Assembly: GCA_046160825.1 (NCBI GenBank)
Contig: JBJXHC010000038.1
Location: 3,697-67,696, forward strand
Direction of reading: 5' to 3'
DNA from: Bacteroidota bacterium
GTDB lineage: Bacteria > Bacteroidota > Ignavibacteria > UBA10030 > UBA6906
Length of the DNA: 64,000 bases
Every line of letters starts with the position of its first letter. Position 1 is the stretch's first letter. Shown one piece after another: positions 49,326 to 59,522 of the stretch. The notes beneath the pieces are model-generated. The model had not been told where the DNA came from and searched no databases. It was given only the letters and a program-made list of their open reading frames with translations. Position numbers and translations under genes: made by a program.

Positions 49326-50725
49326 GACTCTCTTCCATTCGCAATCATCCCCATCCCCCACACTAACGCTGAGACCAGCAGTCCTGGAAACATTGGTTCA
49401 ATCCCCAGAGGATACTGATGCGAACTGCCCGCGGCCTGCGTCCATCCGGACAACAGCCACACTGTTGATGTGAGCCAGCCGAGGAGCATGGCTGCAAAGC
49501 AATACCCCGCCGCGACTTTCCAACGTTCGAAGTAGCTTGCCAGTACCGGCAGGAGCAATCCGGGAACTACTACGGTGCCGATGACGTACCATTGCCGGAT
49601 TACCGACGGGACAAAAACGCAAAGCAGTATCGAGAACAATGCAGTTGCGAGCATCGACCAGCGGATGTACTGTGCATCATTTATTCCATCGCGGTCTCTG
49701 TGGCTGCGCCAGAGAATATCACGGCCAAGTGATGTTGCTGAAACAAATGTGAGTGTATTGAGCGTCGACATAATTGTGGCAAGCATGCCGATGTAGAATA
49801 ACCCTTTAGCCACAGGAGGAAGCGTCACTTCCGCAAGCAACGGAAATGCCATCATCGGCTGCTCGAGTGCAGGAAGAGCTGCACGTGCATACAGTCCTGC
49901 CGTTGCGGTCATAGCGTCGAACAAAAACCAGAACAATATGGAAACGAGAATGCCCTTCTGCGCCACTTCGCCCGACTTTGCGGCAGAGCAGCGTTGATGA
50001 AATGCCGGATCAATCAACGTCCAGAGTGCGATCAGGAACCAGACAAGGACGAACTGCATGGAGTTGCCACCGTTCCAGGTAAGGTGGAGTGCAGGGATGT
50101 TCGCCGTGATAAATTCCATTCCGCCAAACTTCTGATACGCGAATGGAATGATAACACTGAACCCGAGGAACATCAGCACAAACTCCAGAACATCCGTATT
50201 CACGTCCGCGCGGAACCCGCCAAAGAAGAGATAAACAGTGGAGACAGCTGTTCCTATAAAGATGCAGAGTAATATTCCCCACCCGGTGACGAGGTGCATT
50301 AACATTCCGAGCATGAGAATGTATGGGGCGGGAGTAGTGAGAATGAACGTCAGCGCGCCGCCAAGCATCGCTGTACGGCGATCATACGCACGCTCAAGCT
50401 GATCCGGAATTGTGGTGAGGTTGGTTGCCCGGATTTTCTTTGCGAGGAAGAGTGCGAAGAGCAACGCAAACACATAGTAGGGAATGCCCTGTACAACCCA
50501 ATTGGAAATCCCATAGAGATAGGAGAATTCGCCCACGCCCAGTATTCCACCATACCACGTGGAGACAAGCGTCATGACAAACAACGGAAGAGTAAGCGAA
50601 CGTCCGGCGAGAAGGAACTCGGCCGCATCGCTTGGCTTCCTTTTGGTAAGGAAGCCGATAGCCAGCACAGCGATAAAATACAACGCTATGAGAGCCAGGT
50701 CCACCGGAGAAAGTGTGACATTCAA
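49322..50725 (-). CDS. Sodium:solute symporter (SSS) family transporter
   Basis: It is 467 aa with about 13 TM helices, and SSS-like with GGxxA motifs. It is convergent (a 4-nt overlap) with the TrmH gene and co-directional with the downstream thiN gene. Confidence 0.8.
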   Translation of the reverse strand: MNVTLSPVDLALIALYFIAVLAIGFLTKRKPSDAAEFLLAGRSLTLPLFVMTLVSTWYGGILGVGEFSYLYGISNWVVQGIPYYVFALLFALFLAKKIRATNLTTIPDQLERAYDRRTAMLGGALTFILTTPAPYILMLGMLMHLVTGWGILLCIFIGTAVSTVYLFFGGFRADVNTDVLEFVLMFLGFSVIIPFAYQKFGGMEFITANIPALHLTWNGGNSMQFVLVWFLIALWTLIDPAFHQRCSAAKSGEVAQKGILVSILFWFLFDAMTATAGLYARAALPALEQPMMAFPLLAEVTLPPVAKGLFYIGMLATIMSTLNTLTFVSATSLGRDILWRSHRDRDGINDAQYIRWSMLATALFSILLCVFVPSVIRQWYVIGTVVVPGLLLPVLASYFERWKVAAGYCFAAMLLGWLTSTVWLLSGWTQAAGSSHQYPLGIEPMFPGLLVSALVWGMGMIANGRES

Positions 50726-51354
50726 CTGCGTTTCGCCTTCCGGGAATCAAGTATCAACACGAGCATGTTGCCTTTCCCTACACTCACTTTGAAGGGCGAG
50801 CGAACAGCGACATTTGAAACCCCGATCTCACCAACGGTCATCCGCGCATTTGTAAGCGGGTATTTCAATCCGCTCAATGTTATTCCGGAACAAGACCCGA
50901 ATGGAATGAGGCTTACCGTCGCCCCGCGAGCGACCCGGCGTATGAGCTTTCGTTGTATGGGGAACGCCTGCCATCCATCACCAGCTACGGTGATATTTAT
51001 TTTCCCGGCATACTTCCACAGAACCGAGAGATTGCCAAGAGTAAAATCGAGTCGGCGACCGGTCGCGGCGACGATCACGACATTCTTCACCCGCGGGGAG
51101 AGAATGTCCAATGCCTTTTCAAGATCCGTATTGTCCTGCCGCTTCACGTGAATGATAAGAGAAGATGCAAAGTGTTTTCGGGTTGAGGCGCGCAACGAAT
51201 CGAGGTCGCCGATGATAATATCCGGACGCACGCCTGAGACTCGTGCAGAGTTCGCTCCGCCATCCGCGGCAACAATCAGATCCGCCGCACGGGCATGACG
51301 ACGAAGCAAAGTGCGGGATGGGGGTTCACCGTTACAGATTACGAGTGCTTTCAT
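50722..51354 (-). CDS. thiN: Thiamine pyrophosphokinase
   Basis: ALVICNGEPP, IVAADGGAN, IIGDLDSL and RQDNTDLEKAL are the TPK catalytic-domain motifs. The start was trimmed to the MKALVICNG Met. Confidence 0.8.
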   Translation of the reverse strand: MKALVICNGEPPSRTLLRRHARAADLIVAADGGANSARVSGVRPDIIIGDLDSLRASTRKHFASSLIIHVKRQDNTDLEKALDILSPRVKNVVIVAATGRRLDFTLGNLSVLWKYAGKINITVAGDGWQAFPIQRKLIRRVARGATVSLIPFGSCSGITLSGLKYPLTNARMTVGEIGVSNVAVRSPFKVSVGKGNMLVLILDSRKAKRS

Positions 51355-51361
51355 TGCATTC

Positions 51362-53782
51362 TCAAAGATGAATAGAAAGATTGAAGAACATGTTTCTTTC
51401 TGCCCCAACAAAAAACTGATCACCTTCGCCGTAGGCGGCATAAAGTCTATCAGAGAGATTATTTACCTGTAGCTTCGCCTCAATATTGACATCATCAAAA
51501 AGATCCTCCATTGTATACGCAATCCATCCATCACTCACGAAATATGCGTCGACGGTGTTCGTTTCATTCTTGAAGTTATCTGTATACTGTTTGCCGACAA
51601 ATCTTCCCGCAAGAGACACCGCCACATTTTCATATCGATACGTCACTCGCAGGTTTGCAAGAACATCCGGAAATCCGGCGATCGGATTATTATTCAGACT
51701 GAGCGGACTGTCCGATGAAAAATCCGTGTGCCTGACAAATGAGTTCCGACTGAATGTTGCATTGCCGCGAAGCTCAAGTGACGGAGCGGGTTTATAGGTG
51801 CCCGTGAGTTCAATGCCGATATGTCGCGTGCGGGATGCATTTCCAGTGATAGGCTGACCAAACCGATCCACTTGGCCGCTTTTCACAATTTCATTCGTAA
51901 ACTCCATCCAATACACGTTTGCCGTTGTGCTCACCTCTGGTGCGGAAAACCCGCCGCCAAATTCTATATCAAGTAGCCGCTCCGGTTTCACCAATGGTTG
52001 GTCAAAACTGAATTGACCATTTGCATCAACGGCAAACTGCGGAACAATCGCTCCCCATGATGCGGGGGTGCTCGCTTCCGCCGCATCATACAGGTTCTTC
52101 AACCGCGGTTCGCGGGAGGTGTAAGCAAGGCTGAGATAGGTGTTCCACTTCTCATCAAGATTGTAGTTGATGCCAATCCGGGGATTCAGGAAATGGTATG
52201 GAACCGCAAAGTTCGTATTCAAGAATTTCTCGTCGTGGAGACGGTAACAATTAAAGACGTACTGCAAATTCACCATGAGGTTGAGATCAGGCTGAAGAGA
52301 GTAAAGTTCGTGGGCGTAGAACGAGATAATGTCCTTTGCTCCTTTGTACTCGTAATAACGATAGTCCTCGGGAATGGAGACTGGGCTCATATCAACGCGC
52401 TGAAGTCTTCCCCAGTGGAGCGACCGGTGGAAACGCACCTCGGCACCGGCGATGAATTCCCCATCGTCGTGCTTCAGAGTTATCCTTGGCAACCAGCCGA
52501 ATTGTTTGTTTTTCACTGTTGCGCGAATCAGCGCACTGCCAAAGTACAGGGTATCGGGATCACCAACAATACTGAACCCGTTTCCCTGCGTGAGTCGATA
52601 ATACGAGAACGGTGCCCACGTTCCATCATAGTCGAAAAATCCGTCGCCAAGGATGATGAATGCTGTATTATTCAATGTCAGCGTAGGGGTCAAGCGCCAC
52701 TCATGTAGCAACTCATAATGGGGCTGGGAGAAATTCTCCATTTCCTCTTCGCGAAGGATTGGATTTGTGCGCCGCTTTGATTTGTCCTTCACGTCCAACT
52801 TGGGAATCCCATAGTAGGCAAGATGGTCGGAAATCGGTCCGCCATAGAAGTTCACCTGTGTCGTCATGCTTTCATCGTAGCGAATCGCACCGAAAAAATA
52901 ACTATTGAAATCAACCCAGGATCGGTCACGGTAGCCGCTGCTCAGAATCTTGGAAAGCCGACCGTGTAGCGCGTAGCGATTCTCGATCAGCCCGGAGCTG
53001 AACGACGCGGAGTATTTTCGAGTGTTAAAGCTGCCAACGCCCGCCGATAGGCTGAGCTCTCTCTTCCGCCCAAAGCTTGAGGTCACAAGATTGACAGAAC
53101 CGCCGATGGCCGGAGATCCATAGAAGGCACTCCCCGCTCCCCGCTGTACCTGTATATCCTCCAGACTCCCGGCAATGTCGGGGATATCCAACCAATAAAC
53201 ATTGTGATCTTCAGGATCGTTCTGAGGAATACCGTTAACCATCACGGCAATACGGCGTGCATCAAAACCGCGGATATTCAGATATGTATAGCCAATGCCA
53301 TTGCCCGCATCGGAGTAGTACGTTGTCGAGGGAAGTTCGGAGAGAAGGACAGGAATATCCTGCGTTGTGTATTGATCTCGTATATCCGTCCTGCTGAGTG
53401 TGGAGAATGTGACCGGTGTTTCGCGCTCACGACCTCGTGTACCACTTACCGTAATCGGCTGACCCGTAATCATGGTTGGTTCAAGCGTGAAGTCGATGGA
53501 TACGCCTTCCGTCGTCACGTCAACTCGTTTGGTTCTTGCAGCATAACCCACGAATGACACCCGGATTTCATACGCACCGGGAAGAACACCATCAATGCGG
53601 AATTCACCGGTGGCGTCTGAGAACGCGCCAAGCTGTGTACCGATAACGGTAACGTTTGCTCCGGGAAGGAGATTTGATGTGGCGGCCTCACGCACTTTGC
53701 CGGCGATGAATGCTGGTGTTTGTGCGAACGACAGAGGCGCGGCAAACAACAGAATGATCAGAATAGCAGAGAACCGATTCAT
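51362..53782 (-). CDS. TonB-dependent outer-membrane receptor (with an N-terminal carboxypeptidase-regulatory-like domain)
   Basis: It has a signal peptide, a plug and a 22-strand barrel, and ends in the terminal aromatic NLSIHL. It is 806 aa. It lies directly downstream of a TPP riboswitch. Confidence 0.9.
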   Translation of the reverse strand: MNRFSAILIILLFAAPLSFAQTPAFIAGKVREAATSNLLPGANVTVIGTQLGAFSDATGEFRIDGVLPGAYEIRVSFVGYAARTKRVDVTTEGVSIDFTLEPTMITGQPITVSGTRGRERETPVTFSTLSRTDIRDQYTTQDIPVLLSELPSTTYYSDAGNGIGYTYLNIRGFDARRIAVMVNGIPQNDPEDHNVYWLDIPDIAGSLEDIQVQRGAGSAFYGSPAIGGSVNLVTSSFGRKRELSLSAGVGSFNTRKYSASFSSGLIENRYALHGRLSKILSSGYRDRSWVDFNSYFFGAIRYDESMTTQVNFYGGPISDHLAYYGIPKLDVKDKSKRRTNPILREEEMENFSQPHYELLHEWRLTPTLTLNNTAFIILGDGFFDYDGTWAPFSYYRLTQGNGFSIVGDPDTLYFGSALIRATVKNKQFGWLPRITLKHDDGEFIAGAEVRFHRSLHWGRLQRVDMSPVSIPEDYRYYEYKGAKDIISFYAHELYSLQPDLNLMVNLQYVFNCYRLHDEKFLNTNFAVPYHFLNPRIGINYNLDEKWNTYLSLAYTSREPRLKNLYDAAEASTPASWGAIVPQFAVDANGQFSFDQPLVKPERLLDIEFGGGFSAPEVSTTANVYWMEFTNEIVKSGQVDRFGQPITGNASRTRHIGIELTGTYKPAPSLELRGNATFSRNSFVRHTDFSSDSPLSLNNNPIAGFPDVLANLRVTYRYENVAVSLAGRFVGKQYTDNFKNETNTVDAYFVSDGWIAYTMEDLFDDVNIEAKLQVNNLSDRLYAAYGEGDQFFVGAERNMFFNLSIHL

Positions 53783-53800
53783 AACTCTTCTTCCTCACTA

Positions 53801-53833
53801 AATAAAAAAGCCGTTCTCATGAGAGAAACGGCT
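53801..53833 (-). terminator. Riboswitch expression-platform intrinsic terminator (hairpin GCCGUUUCUCUC/GAGAACGGC followed by UUUUUUAUUU), 18 nt before the receptor start codon
   Basis: The minus-strand reading is AGCCGTTTCTCTCATGAGAACGGCTTTTTTATTT. A purine-rich RBS (GAGGAAGAAGAG) follows. Confidence 0.65.
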
Positions 53834-53863
53834 GAAGAAAAAGAGCGGGAACAATTCAGGTTG

Positions 53864-53948
53864 CCGTTTCCCTACGCTGGTATGGTCCAGATCAGGTTCT
53901 TAGGGTGTGATCTCAGTCCCACGTTTATTGGTGGGACACCCCTAACGG
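53864..53948 (-). promoter_or_regulatory. TPP (thiamine pyrophosphate) riboswitch aptamer (THI element)
   Basis: The minus-strand RNA reads CCGUUAGGGGUGUCCCACCAAUAAACGUGGGACUGAGAUCACACCCUAAGAACCUGAUCUGGACCAUACCAGCGUAGGGAAACGG. The conserved CUGAGA and ACCUGAUCUGGA..ACCAGCGUAGGGAA elements are present. The P1 helix is CCGUU/AACGG. Confidence 0.85.
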
Positions 53949-54002
53949 ATTTCGTAAGCAATATACCGACTCCGTGGTCGTATTGCAACCACGGATGAGG
54001 GT

Positions 54003-55412
54003 TCAGTACAAAGATTCTATCCTAAAGGCCCGGTACAGATTATATCCGGGGTTATCGACGGCGACTTCCCATTGCACAACTCCCGCGCTGTTCACTTCGA
54101 CGACGCGTTGGGCTGAGCCGAAACAAACCACGGTGTTGTCGTTCTCTAGTCGTTGTGCGAATCCCATGATGTTGCCGAAGAGCGAGGGCGAATGGCGATA
54201 TTCCCACACCATTTCTGCCACCATCGTTGACTCGTTGAGACGATACTCCACAGCGCGACTGACCGGCGGTGAATGTAAATTCCCATTGTCGAACAGGATG
54301 ATGTTACCGTTCGGCAAACGACGGATACCGTGTTGATGCGAGAATCCGTTGAGCGGATCGTTGACGAACGTGAACTGGTTGTTCTCGCCTCCCAGCCGCC
54401 AGATGATCTCACCTGTCTGCACGCTAATCTTGGTGATCTCGTCCATGTTCCTGAAGGATACCAGCAGGTTCCCGTCGTTGTCAACATCAATTGCATTGGA
54501 ATGCCACGGATTGACGTTCACACCCGTGATGCTGATATCAGAGACCGCATCGGTAATCTGGAGATGGTCGAATGTATTCCAGAAGAAATTGGGTTGGCCG
54601 TTTCTGATATATTCGATGGTCATTCCACGCACAATGGCGTTTGCCTGTCCACCGATGGCGGTCAGACTCGAATCCCTGTACTCAGCACCATAAAGACAAT
54701 GCGCACCGCCGTACAACCGCAGCTCATGTGCCCCTGTTTCTTCTCCTTGAAGAGTGGAGTATTGACCGAGAACATTCCCCAAGCGATCCAACTCGTAGAA
54801 AGCAAGATCGCTATCAATATTCGAGAAGACAGTGTACGTACCGGGGAATTGTTGCTGGAAGTCAATGACTGCACCAAGGAATTCTTTGTACCAGACAATG
54901 TGCCCGAGGTTGTCAAGAATCACCGCCGCATTCCATTGTCCCGCACCTGCGCCGGAAACGCCGATCATGACGTAGCCAGGCGTGGGCGACTGACTCCCGA
55001 TCAATGTAAAGTCAGGAAGGTTGTCAGGCAAAGGGTCTGTTGCAAAGAAAGTCTGGTCGCCGGTTGCCGTCTCGCCGCTGGCAGCCCATGCTTTCGCTCG
55101 AAGCTGGTACGTTTGATCCGGTCTGAGTCCAAGAACTGGCACCTCGGCAACTGAATCAACAACCGCAACGGAAGCGGTTTCGGATGTTGCGAGGGAATCA
55201 TTCCAGTATTCAATAGACACTGAAGCGGCATTTGCAGTACGTACGATAACCTTCGCGCTGAGGACGTTGTGCTCATTGGGCTGCACGACGAGAGAAATCA
55301 CACTGGGCGGTGGCCCCGCTTGTGGCGGTCCTTCCGGATTTTCGGAACAACCGGCAACCAATGCAACCGCGAATATGAGAGCATACAGAATGATTCCAAG
55401 CATTGATTTCAT
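54003..55412 (-). CDS. Beta-propeller lipoprotein, arylsulfotransferase (ASST)-like
   Basis: The lipobox is LVAGCSEN. Repeated propeller blades and the motif NNQFTFVNDPLNGFSHQHGIRRLPNGNIILFDNGN resemble ASST-family proteins. The family assignment is tentative. Confidence 0.45.
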   Translation of the reverse strand: MKSMLGIILYALIFAVALVAGCSENPEGPPQAGPPPSVISLVVQPNEHNVLSAKVIVRTANAASVSIEYWNDSLATSETASVAVVDSVAEVPVLGLRPDQTYQLRAKAWAASGETATGDQTFFATDPLPDNLPDFTLIGSQSPTPGYVMIGVSGAGAGQWNAAVILDNLGHIVWYKEFLGAVIDFQQQFPGTYTVFSNIDSDLAFYELDRLGNVLGQYSTLQGEETGAHELRLYGGAHCLYGAEYRDSSLTAIGGQANAIVRGMTIEYIRNGQPNFFWNTFDHLQITDAVSDISITGVNVNPWHSNAIDVDNDGNLLVSFRNMDEITKISVQTGEIIWRLGGENNQFTFVNDPLNGFSHQHGIRRLPNGNIILFDNGNLHSPPVSRAVEYRLNESTMVAEMVWEYRHSPSLFGNIMGFAQRLENDNTVVCFGSAQRVVEVNSAGVVQWEVAVDNPGYNLYRAFRIESLY

Positions 55413-55486
55413 TGTCCACCTGAGATGAGTAAATGAAGGAGCTGCACCTAAAGGTTAACAATCGGTGGGGGAATTGAGTTGCCTTG

Positions 55487-56857
55487 CTACTGATGCAGAG
55501 ACTTGAGGTTTGCCATAAGTTGTTCTGCTCTGCTCCAGTCCAGCGTTTCCACGGTGGTAATGGTGGAGCAGAGTTCTTCCAGAATCGCCTCCTGGACCTT
55601 TCCACGTGAGAGCGCCACTGCATACGGAATCCGATGGAATGTCACCATCGAGTATTTGGGGATGAACTTCCCCGGGAACCTCTGATGAAGTGCCTGTTCG
55701 ATTTTTTTCTTCAATAGAAATTTGGGCTGTGCGACCAGATCCCTCATCTCAACAAAATTCTCGACAGCCAGATCGGCGATAGCATCAGTATTGATCTTTC
55801 GTGCCCGCTCATATTCCCCAAACACCGATTCCCACCACTCTTCTCCGATCTCCGTCTCCAATTTCTTGCCAATGATTTCATTCAGGTATGTGCAATCTTC
55901 GAACGCACAGTTCATGCCCTGACCGAAGAACGGGACGATGGCATGGGCTGCATCGCCGAGCAGCGCCATCCTGCCACCGACATGCCATGGAGAGCATTTG
56001 ATAGTTACCATCGTCCCGGTGGGGTTGGCGAAAAACTGATCGACAAAGTCGGGCATGAGAGCAACGGCATCGGGAAAGTGTTCGTGGAAGAATGCTTCCA
56101 CTCGTCCCGGGGTATTCAAGGTCTTAAAACTTATCGCTCCTTCATGCGGGAAGAAGAATGTACACGTGAAGCTTCCATCAATATTCGGAAGAGCGATCAA
56201 CATGAATGTACCGCGTGGCCAAATATGCAACGCGTGTTTTTCGAGCAACCACGCTCCCATTGGGCCAGCCGGAATGGCAAGTTCTTTATGGCCGTACTCA
56301 AGGTATTGTTGGGATGAATTGAATTGGGGGAGTTCCTCCATTGCGGTGCGCAACGCCGAGGCCGAGCCATCCGTTCCAATCACCGTACCGGCTTGATCAG
56401 TGATATGTTCCCCACTTGTTTCATCGATCAGCTCGAGTTCTCCGCTTGCAAGATTCATTCCTGTACACTTGCGGTTGAAATGCAGTTTGACGTTGGGCAA
56501 CCGTTCTGCAGCATCCATTAACGCCATATTCAGTTGGCTGCGCGAAGTCGCGTAGATTACCTCTGTGTCATCCTTGCCGTATCGCTGAAACGTCAACTCA
56601 CCAGACACTGCGTGCATCATTCTTCCCTTCATCGGGATGGCGATTTTCATGACCTGTTCAAGAACTCCGACTTCCTTCAGCGCATGGATCCCGCGGGTGG
56701 ATAAGGCAAGATTGATGGAGCGGCCGCCGCCGATGCTGACCTTCCGCATGTCCGGTCGCCGCTCATACACATCAACGTCAAAACCGCGTCTTGCCAGATA
56801 GATCGAGAGTAGCGAGCCTGCCAGTCCGGCTCCTACAAGTGACACACGTTTGTTCAT
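55487..56857 (-). CDS. kmo: Kynurenine 3-monooxygenase
   Basis: It is a FAD monooxygenase (VSLVGAGLAGSLLSIYLARRG; GDAAHAIVPFFGQGMN) with the KMO-typical length and a C-terminal extension. Confidence 0.85.
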   Translation of the reverse strand: MNKRVSLVGAGLAGSLLSIYLARRGFDVDVYERRPDMRKVSIGGGRSINLALSTRGIHALKEVGVLEQVMKIAIPMKGRMMHAVSGELTFQRYGKDDTEVIYATSRSQLNMALMDAAERLPNVKLHFNRKCTGMNLASGELELIDETSGEHITDQAGTVIGTDGSASALRTAMEELPQFNSSQQYLEYGHKELAIPAGPMGAWLLEKHALHIWPRGTFMLIALPNIDGSFTCTFFFPHEGAISFKTLNTPGRVEAFFHEHFPDAVALMPDFVDQFFANPTGTMVTIKCSPWHVGGRMALLGDAAHAIVPFFGQGMNCAFEDCTYLNEIIGKKLETEIGEEWWESVFGEYERARKINTDAIADLAVENFVEMRDLVAQPKFLLKKKIEQALHQRFPGKFIPKYSMVTFHRIPYAVALSRGKVQEAILEELCSTITTVETLDWSRAEQLMANLKSLHQ

Positions 56858-58125
56858 TCCATTTCTTTCCCGAGGATCTTCACAAATTCAAACACATCGC
56901 TGAACGTGTTATACAGTGGCACGGGAGCTACACGAATAACGTCCGGTTCGCGCCAATCGCAGATAACACCCTGCCGTGTCAACGATTCAAAAACCACCCG
57001 ACCCTTTTGGCCGATCTGTAGGGAGAGCTGGCAACCACGCTGGGACTGATCGGATGGAGTGAGAATCGAAACGCCGGGTAACGCCCTCAGGAGAAACTCC
57101 AGGTATCCCGTCAGCTTCTCACTTTTTGCTCTGAGCATTGTCATACCGGCCTCATCAAAGATTTCCATCGAGGAACGCAACGCTGCCAGCGGAAGAATTG
57201 ACGGATTGCTCAGTTGCCAACTCTCCGCCCCCGGTATCGGATCAAACTCAGCGAGCATCTGAAAACGTGTGCTCTTGTTGTGTCCCCACCAACCGGAGAA
57301 CCTGGGAAGATCAAATGATCGGGCATGGCGTTCATGAACAAAGCACCCGGCGGTGCTGCCCGGACCGGCATTCAAGTATTTATATGAACACCAGACCGCG
57401 AAGTCCACACCCCAGTCATGGAGATGAAGCGGGATATTCCCGGCAGCGTGAGCAAGATCGAATGCGACGATACAACCTTTGGTCTGAGCTGACTTCGTGA
57501 TGCGCTCCATATCAAACACCTGACCCGTGTAATAGTTGACACCGCCGAGAAGAATGAGCGCAGTCGCCTCTCCCTCGATCTCAAGCATCTCCTCAATGTC
57601 TTCGATGCGAAGGGTTGTCTCTCCTGGTCGTGGGGAAAGCTCAACCAGTGAACGCTCCGGATCGAATCCATGGAACTTGATCTGGGATTTCACCGCGTAT
57701 TGATCGGAGGGAAACGCCTGTTGTTCAATAATGATTTTATGACGCAGTATGGTCGGACGATAAAACGATACCATCATCAGATGGAGGTTGACGGTGAGGG
57801 TGTTCATTACCACAACTTCCGAAGGCAATGCGCCGACAAGCCGCGCTGTTTGCTCGGTCAACAATTCGTGGTATGGCATCCAGGGATTCTTCGCGTGAAA
57901 GTGCCCCTCGACGCCAAGTCTGGCCCAATCCTCCAACTCCTGTTGAACGTACGCGCTCGCAGTCTTTGGCTGAAGACCAAGCGAGTTGCCGCAAAGATAG
58001 ATTGCTTCCTTGCCGGCTTGCGTCTTTGGAATAAAGAATCGGTTCCGATATGGTCCAAGCTGATCTGTCGAATCCGATTCAACCGCAAACTGCTTGTCCG
58101 TCTTAAATGACATCAACTGTTCCAT
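56854..58125 (-). CDS. kynU: Kynureninase
   Basis: It is a class-V fold protein with CSYKYLNAGPGSTAGCFVH (PLP-Lys region), about 420 aa. A 4-nt overlap joins it to kmo. Confidence 0.9.
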   Translation of the reverse strand: MEQLMSFKTDKQFAVESDSTDQLGPYRNRFFIPKTQAGKEAIYLCGNSLGLQPKTASAYVQQELEDWARLGVEGHFHAKNPWMPYHELLTEQTARLVGALPSEVVVMNTLTVNLHLMMVSFYRPTILRHKIIIEQQAFPSDQYAVKSQIKFHGFDPERSLVELSPRPGETTLRIEDIEEMLEIEGEATALILLGGVNYYTGQVFDMERITKSAQTKGCIVAFDLAHAAGNIPLHLHDWGVDFAVWCSYKYLNAGPGSTAGCFVHERHARSFDLPRFSGWWGHNKSTRFQMLAEFDPIPGAESWQLSNPSILPLAALRSSMEIFDEAGMTMLRAKSEKLTGYLEFLLRALPGVSILTPSDQSQRGCQLSLQIGQKGRVVFESLTRQGVICDWREPDVIRVAPVPLYNTFSDVFEFVKILGKEME

Positions 58126-58132
58126 TGCTTTT

Positions 58133-58169
58133 GACTAACGACTCTACAGACTCTCAACTCTATAGACTG
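58133..58169. repeat. Intergenic 9-bp tandem-repeat element (copy R0; units ACTCTACAG / ACTCTATAG)
   Basis: GACTAACGACTCTACAGACTCTCAACTCTATAGACTG lies between the dinB stop and the kynU start. It is in the reverse orientation relative to the R1 left arm. Confidence 0.6.
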
Positions 58170-58174
58170 ATTTG

Positions 58175-59392
58175 TTATTCATCAAAATCAAAATCCTCCG
58201 GCGAGGGGATATTGGTGAAAGCAATACGCGTCGGGGCTGCTGCCTGCAATGCGTGCATACCACCGAAATGCAGCAGATGGCCCCCGTATTTCGTGTTGAG
58301 TTTGTCCATCGCCTCCGAGAGTCGCGTGCGCTTCACTTCGTCAGAAAATAACGAGAAGTTATGCGCCGAGTCATGGACGAGGTCGAACAGCGTCACGCCG
58401 ACTGCCAGCAGCTTGCCTTGCGGCAGATTCTTCCAGAGTTTCTGCAGGGCTTCGAGGAGCGTGAGTGTATCCTGACTTTCAACGAATGAAATATGATCCG
58501 TCCAGGATGTGCGGTTCATGAATTTCACGTCCACCCTCAAGTGCGATGCCCAATAGTGCATGCGCCGGAGTCGCGCGGCGGCCTTGTGCAAGAGTTGCTG
58601 TGCGATGGCAAATGCATCCGTTGGCGTTCTCATCTTCGGAGGCAGGACATGCGAATGCCCGACGGTTCGACGACGCGTCAGGGTCTCCGTGAGATCTTCA
58701 CCACGCAACCAGTACCAATATCGCTCGCCGATAATCCCCTGCCAGATATTCTTCATCTCAGGCTTTGAGAGATTCAGTAATTGCTCGGCTGTCACTATCC
58801 CCCTCTGAGCAAGCCGTTTCTCCATATTCGCGCCAATGCCGGGGAAATCACGTGTCTTCAAAGGATACAATTTCTGCGGCAGGTCAGCCTGAGTAATGAC
58901 AACGAGGCCATCCGGCTTCTGCATGTCACTCGCCACCTTTGCAAGGAACCTGTTGGTCGCAATTCCAACCGAACAGCGCAACATTTCACCGACATCAGCA
59001 TAGATCGTCTGCTTGATCTTGGCCGCCAATGCGACGGCCTTCTCGACTTCGCGCTGGCTGCCTGTGAGTTGACATGCCATTTCATCGATGGACAGCACCG
59101 CTGCAACGGGTACGCAAGATTCAACGGCGGTGACAATCCTTGTGTGATACTCGACGTACTTCGCATGTCGAGCTTCGACAAGCAGGAGGCCGGGACACAT
59201 CTTCTTCGCATCACCAACGCGTGTGCCTGTCTTCACGCCAAATGCCTTGGCTTCATAGCTTGCAGCGATACAAAACGTCGTGTCTGCTATCAGCGGAACG
59301 ACGGCAACCGGCTTCCCCCGAAGCTCGGAACGCAGTTGCTGCTCGACAGAAGCAAAATAAGAATTGAGATCGACAAGAAGCCAGCGAACCAA
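58175..59392 (-). CDS. dinB: Y-family DNA polymerase (DNA polymerase IV-like)
   Basis: LLVDLNSYFASVEQ, SIDE and the thumb/little-finger organisation are present. It is 405 aa. The start codon is TTG as given in the track. Confidence 0.8.
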   Translation of the reverse strand: MVRWLLVDLNSYFASVEQQLRSELRGKPVAVVPLIADTTFCIAASYEAKAFGVKTGTRVGDAKKMCPGLLLVEARHAKYVEYHTRIVTAVESCVPVAAVLSIDEMACQLTGSQREVEKAVALAAKIKQTIYADVGEMLRCSVGIATNRFLAKVASDMQKPDGLVVITQADLPQKLYPLKTRDFPGIGANMEKRLAQRGIVTAEQLLNLSKPEMKNIWQGIIGERYWYWLRGEDLTETLTRRRTVGHSHVLPPKMRTPTDAFAIAQQLLHKAAARLRRMHYWASHLRVDVKFMNRTSWTDHISFVESQDTLTLLEALQKLWKNLPQGKLLAVGVTLFDLVHDSAHNFSLFSDEVKRTRLSEAMDKLNTKYGGHLLHFGGMHALQAAAPTRIAFTNIPSPEDFDFDE

Positions 59393-59413
59393 ATCATCCT
59401 CGGATAACTCAAA

Positions 59414-59522
59414 TGGAGTTTGTGGAGTCTGTAGAGTCTGTAGAGTTCATAGAGTTTATGGAGTTTCGGGGTGTCTCTATAGAACTCTATGAACCCCACG
59501 AACTCTCCAGACTCTATAAACT
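59414..59522. repeat. Intergenic tandem-repeat element (copy R1): six forward 9-mers (GTYYRTRGA) followed by an inverted arm, overall palindromic
   Basis: TGGAGTTTGTGGAGTCTGTAGAGTCTGTAGAGTTCATAGAGTTTATGGAGTTT...CTCTATAGAACTCTATGAACCCCACGAACTCTCCAGACTCTATAAACTG lies between the dinB start and the ACMSD stop, which it overlaps. Confidence 0.65.
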
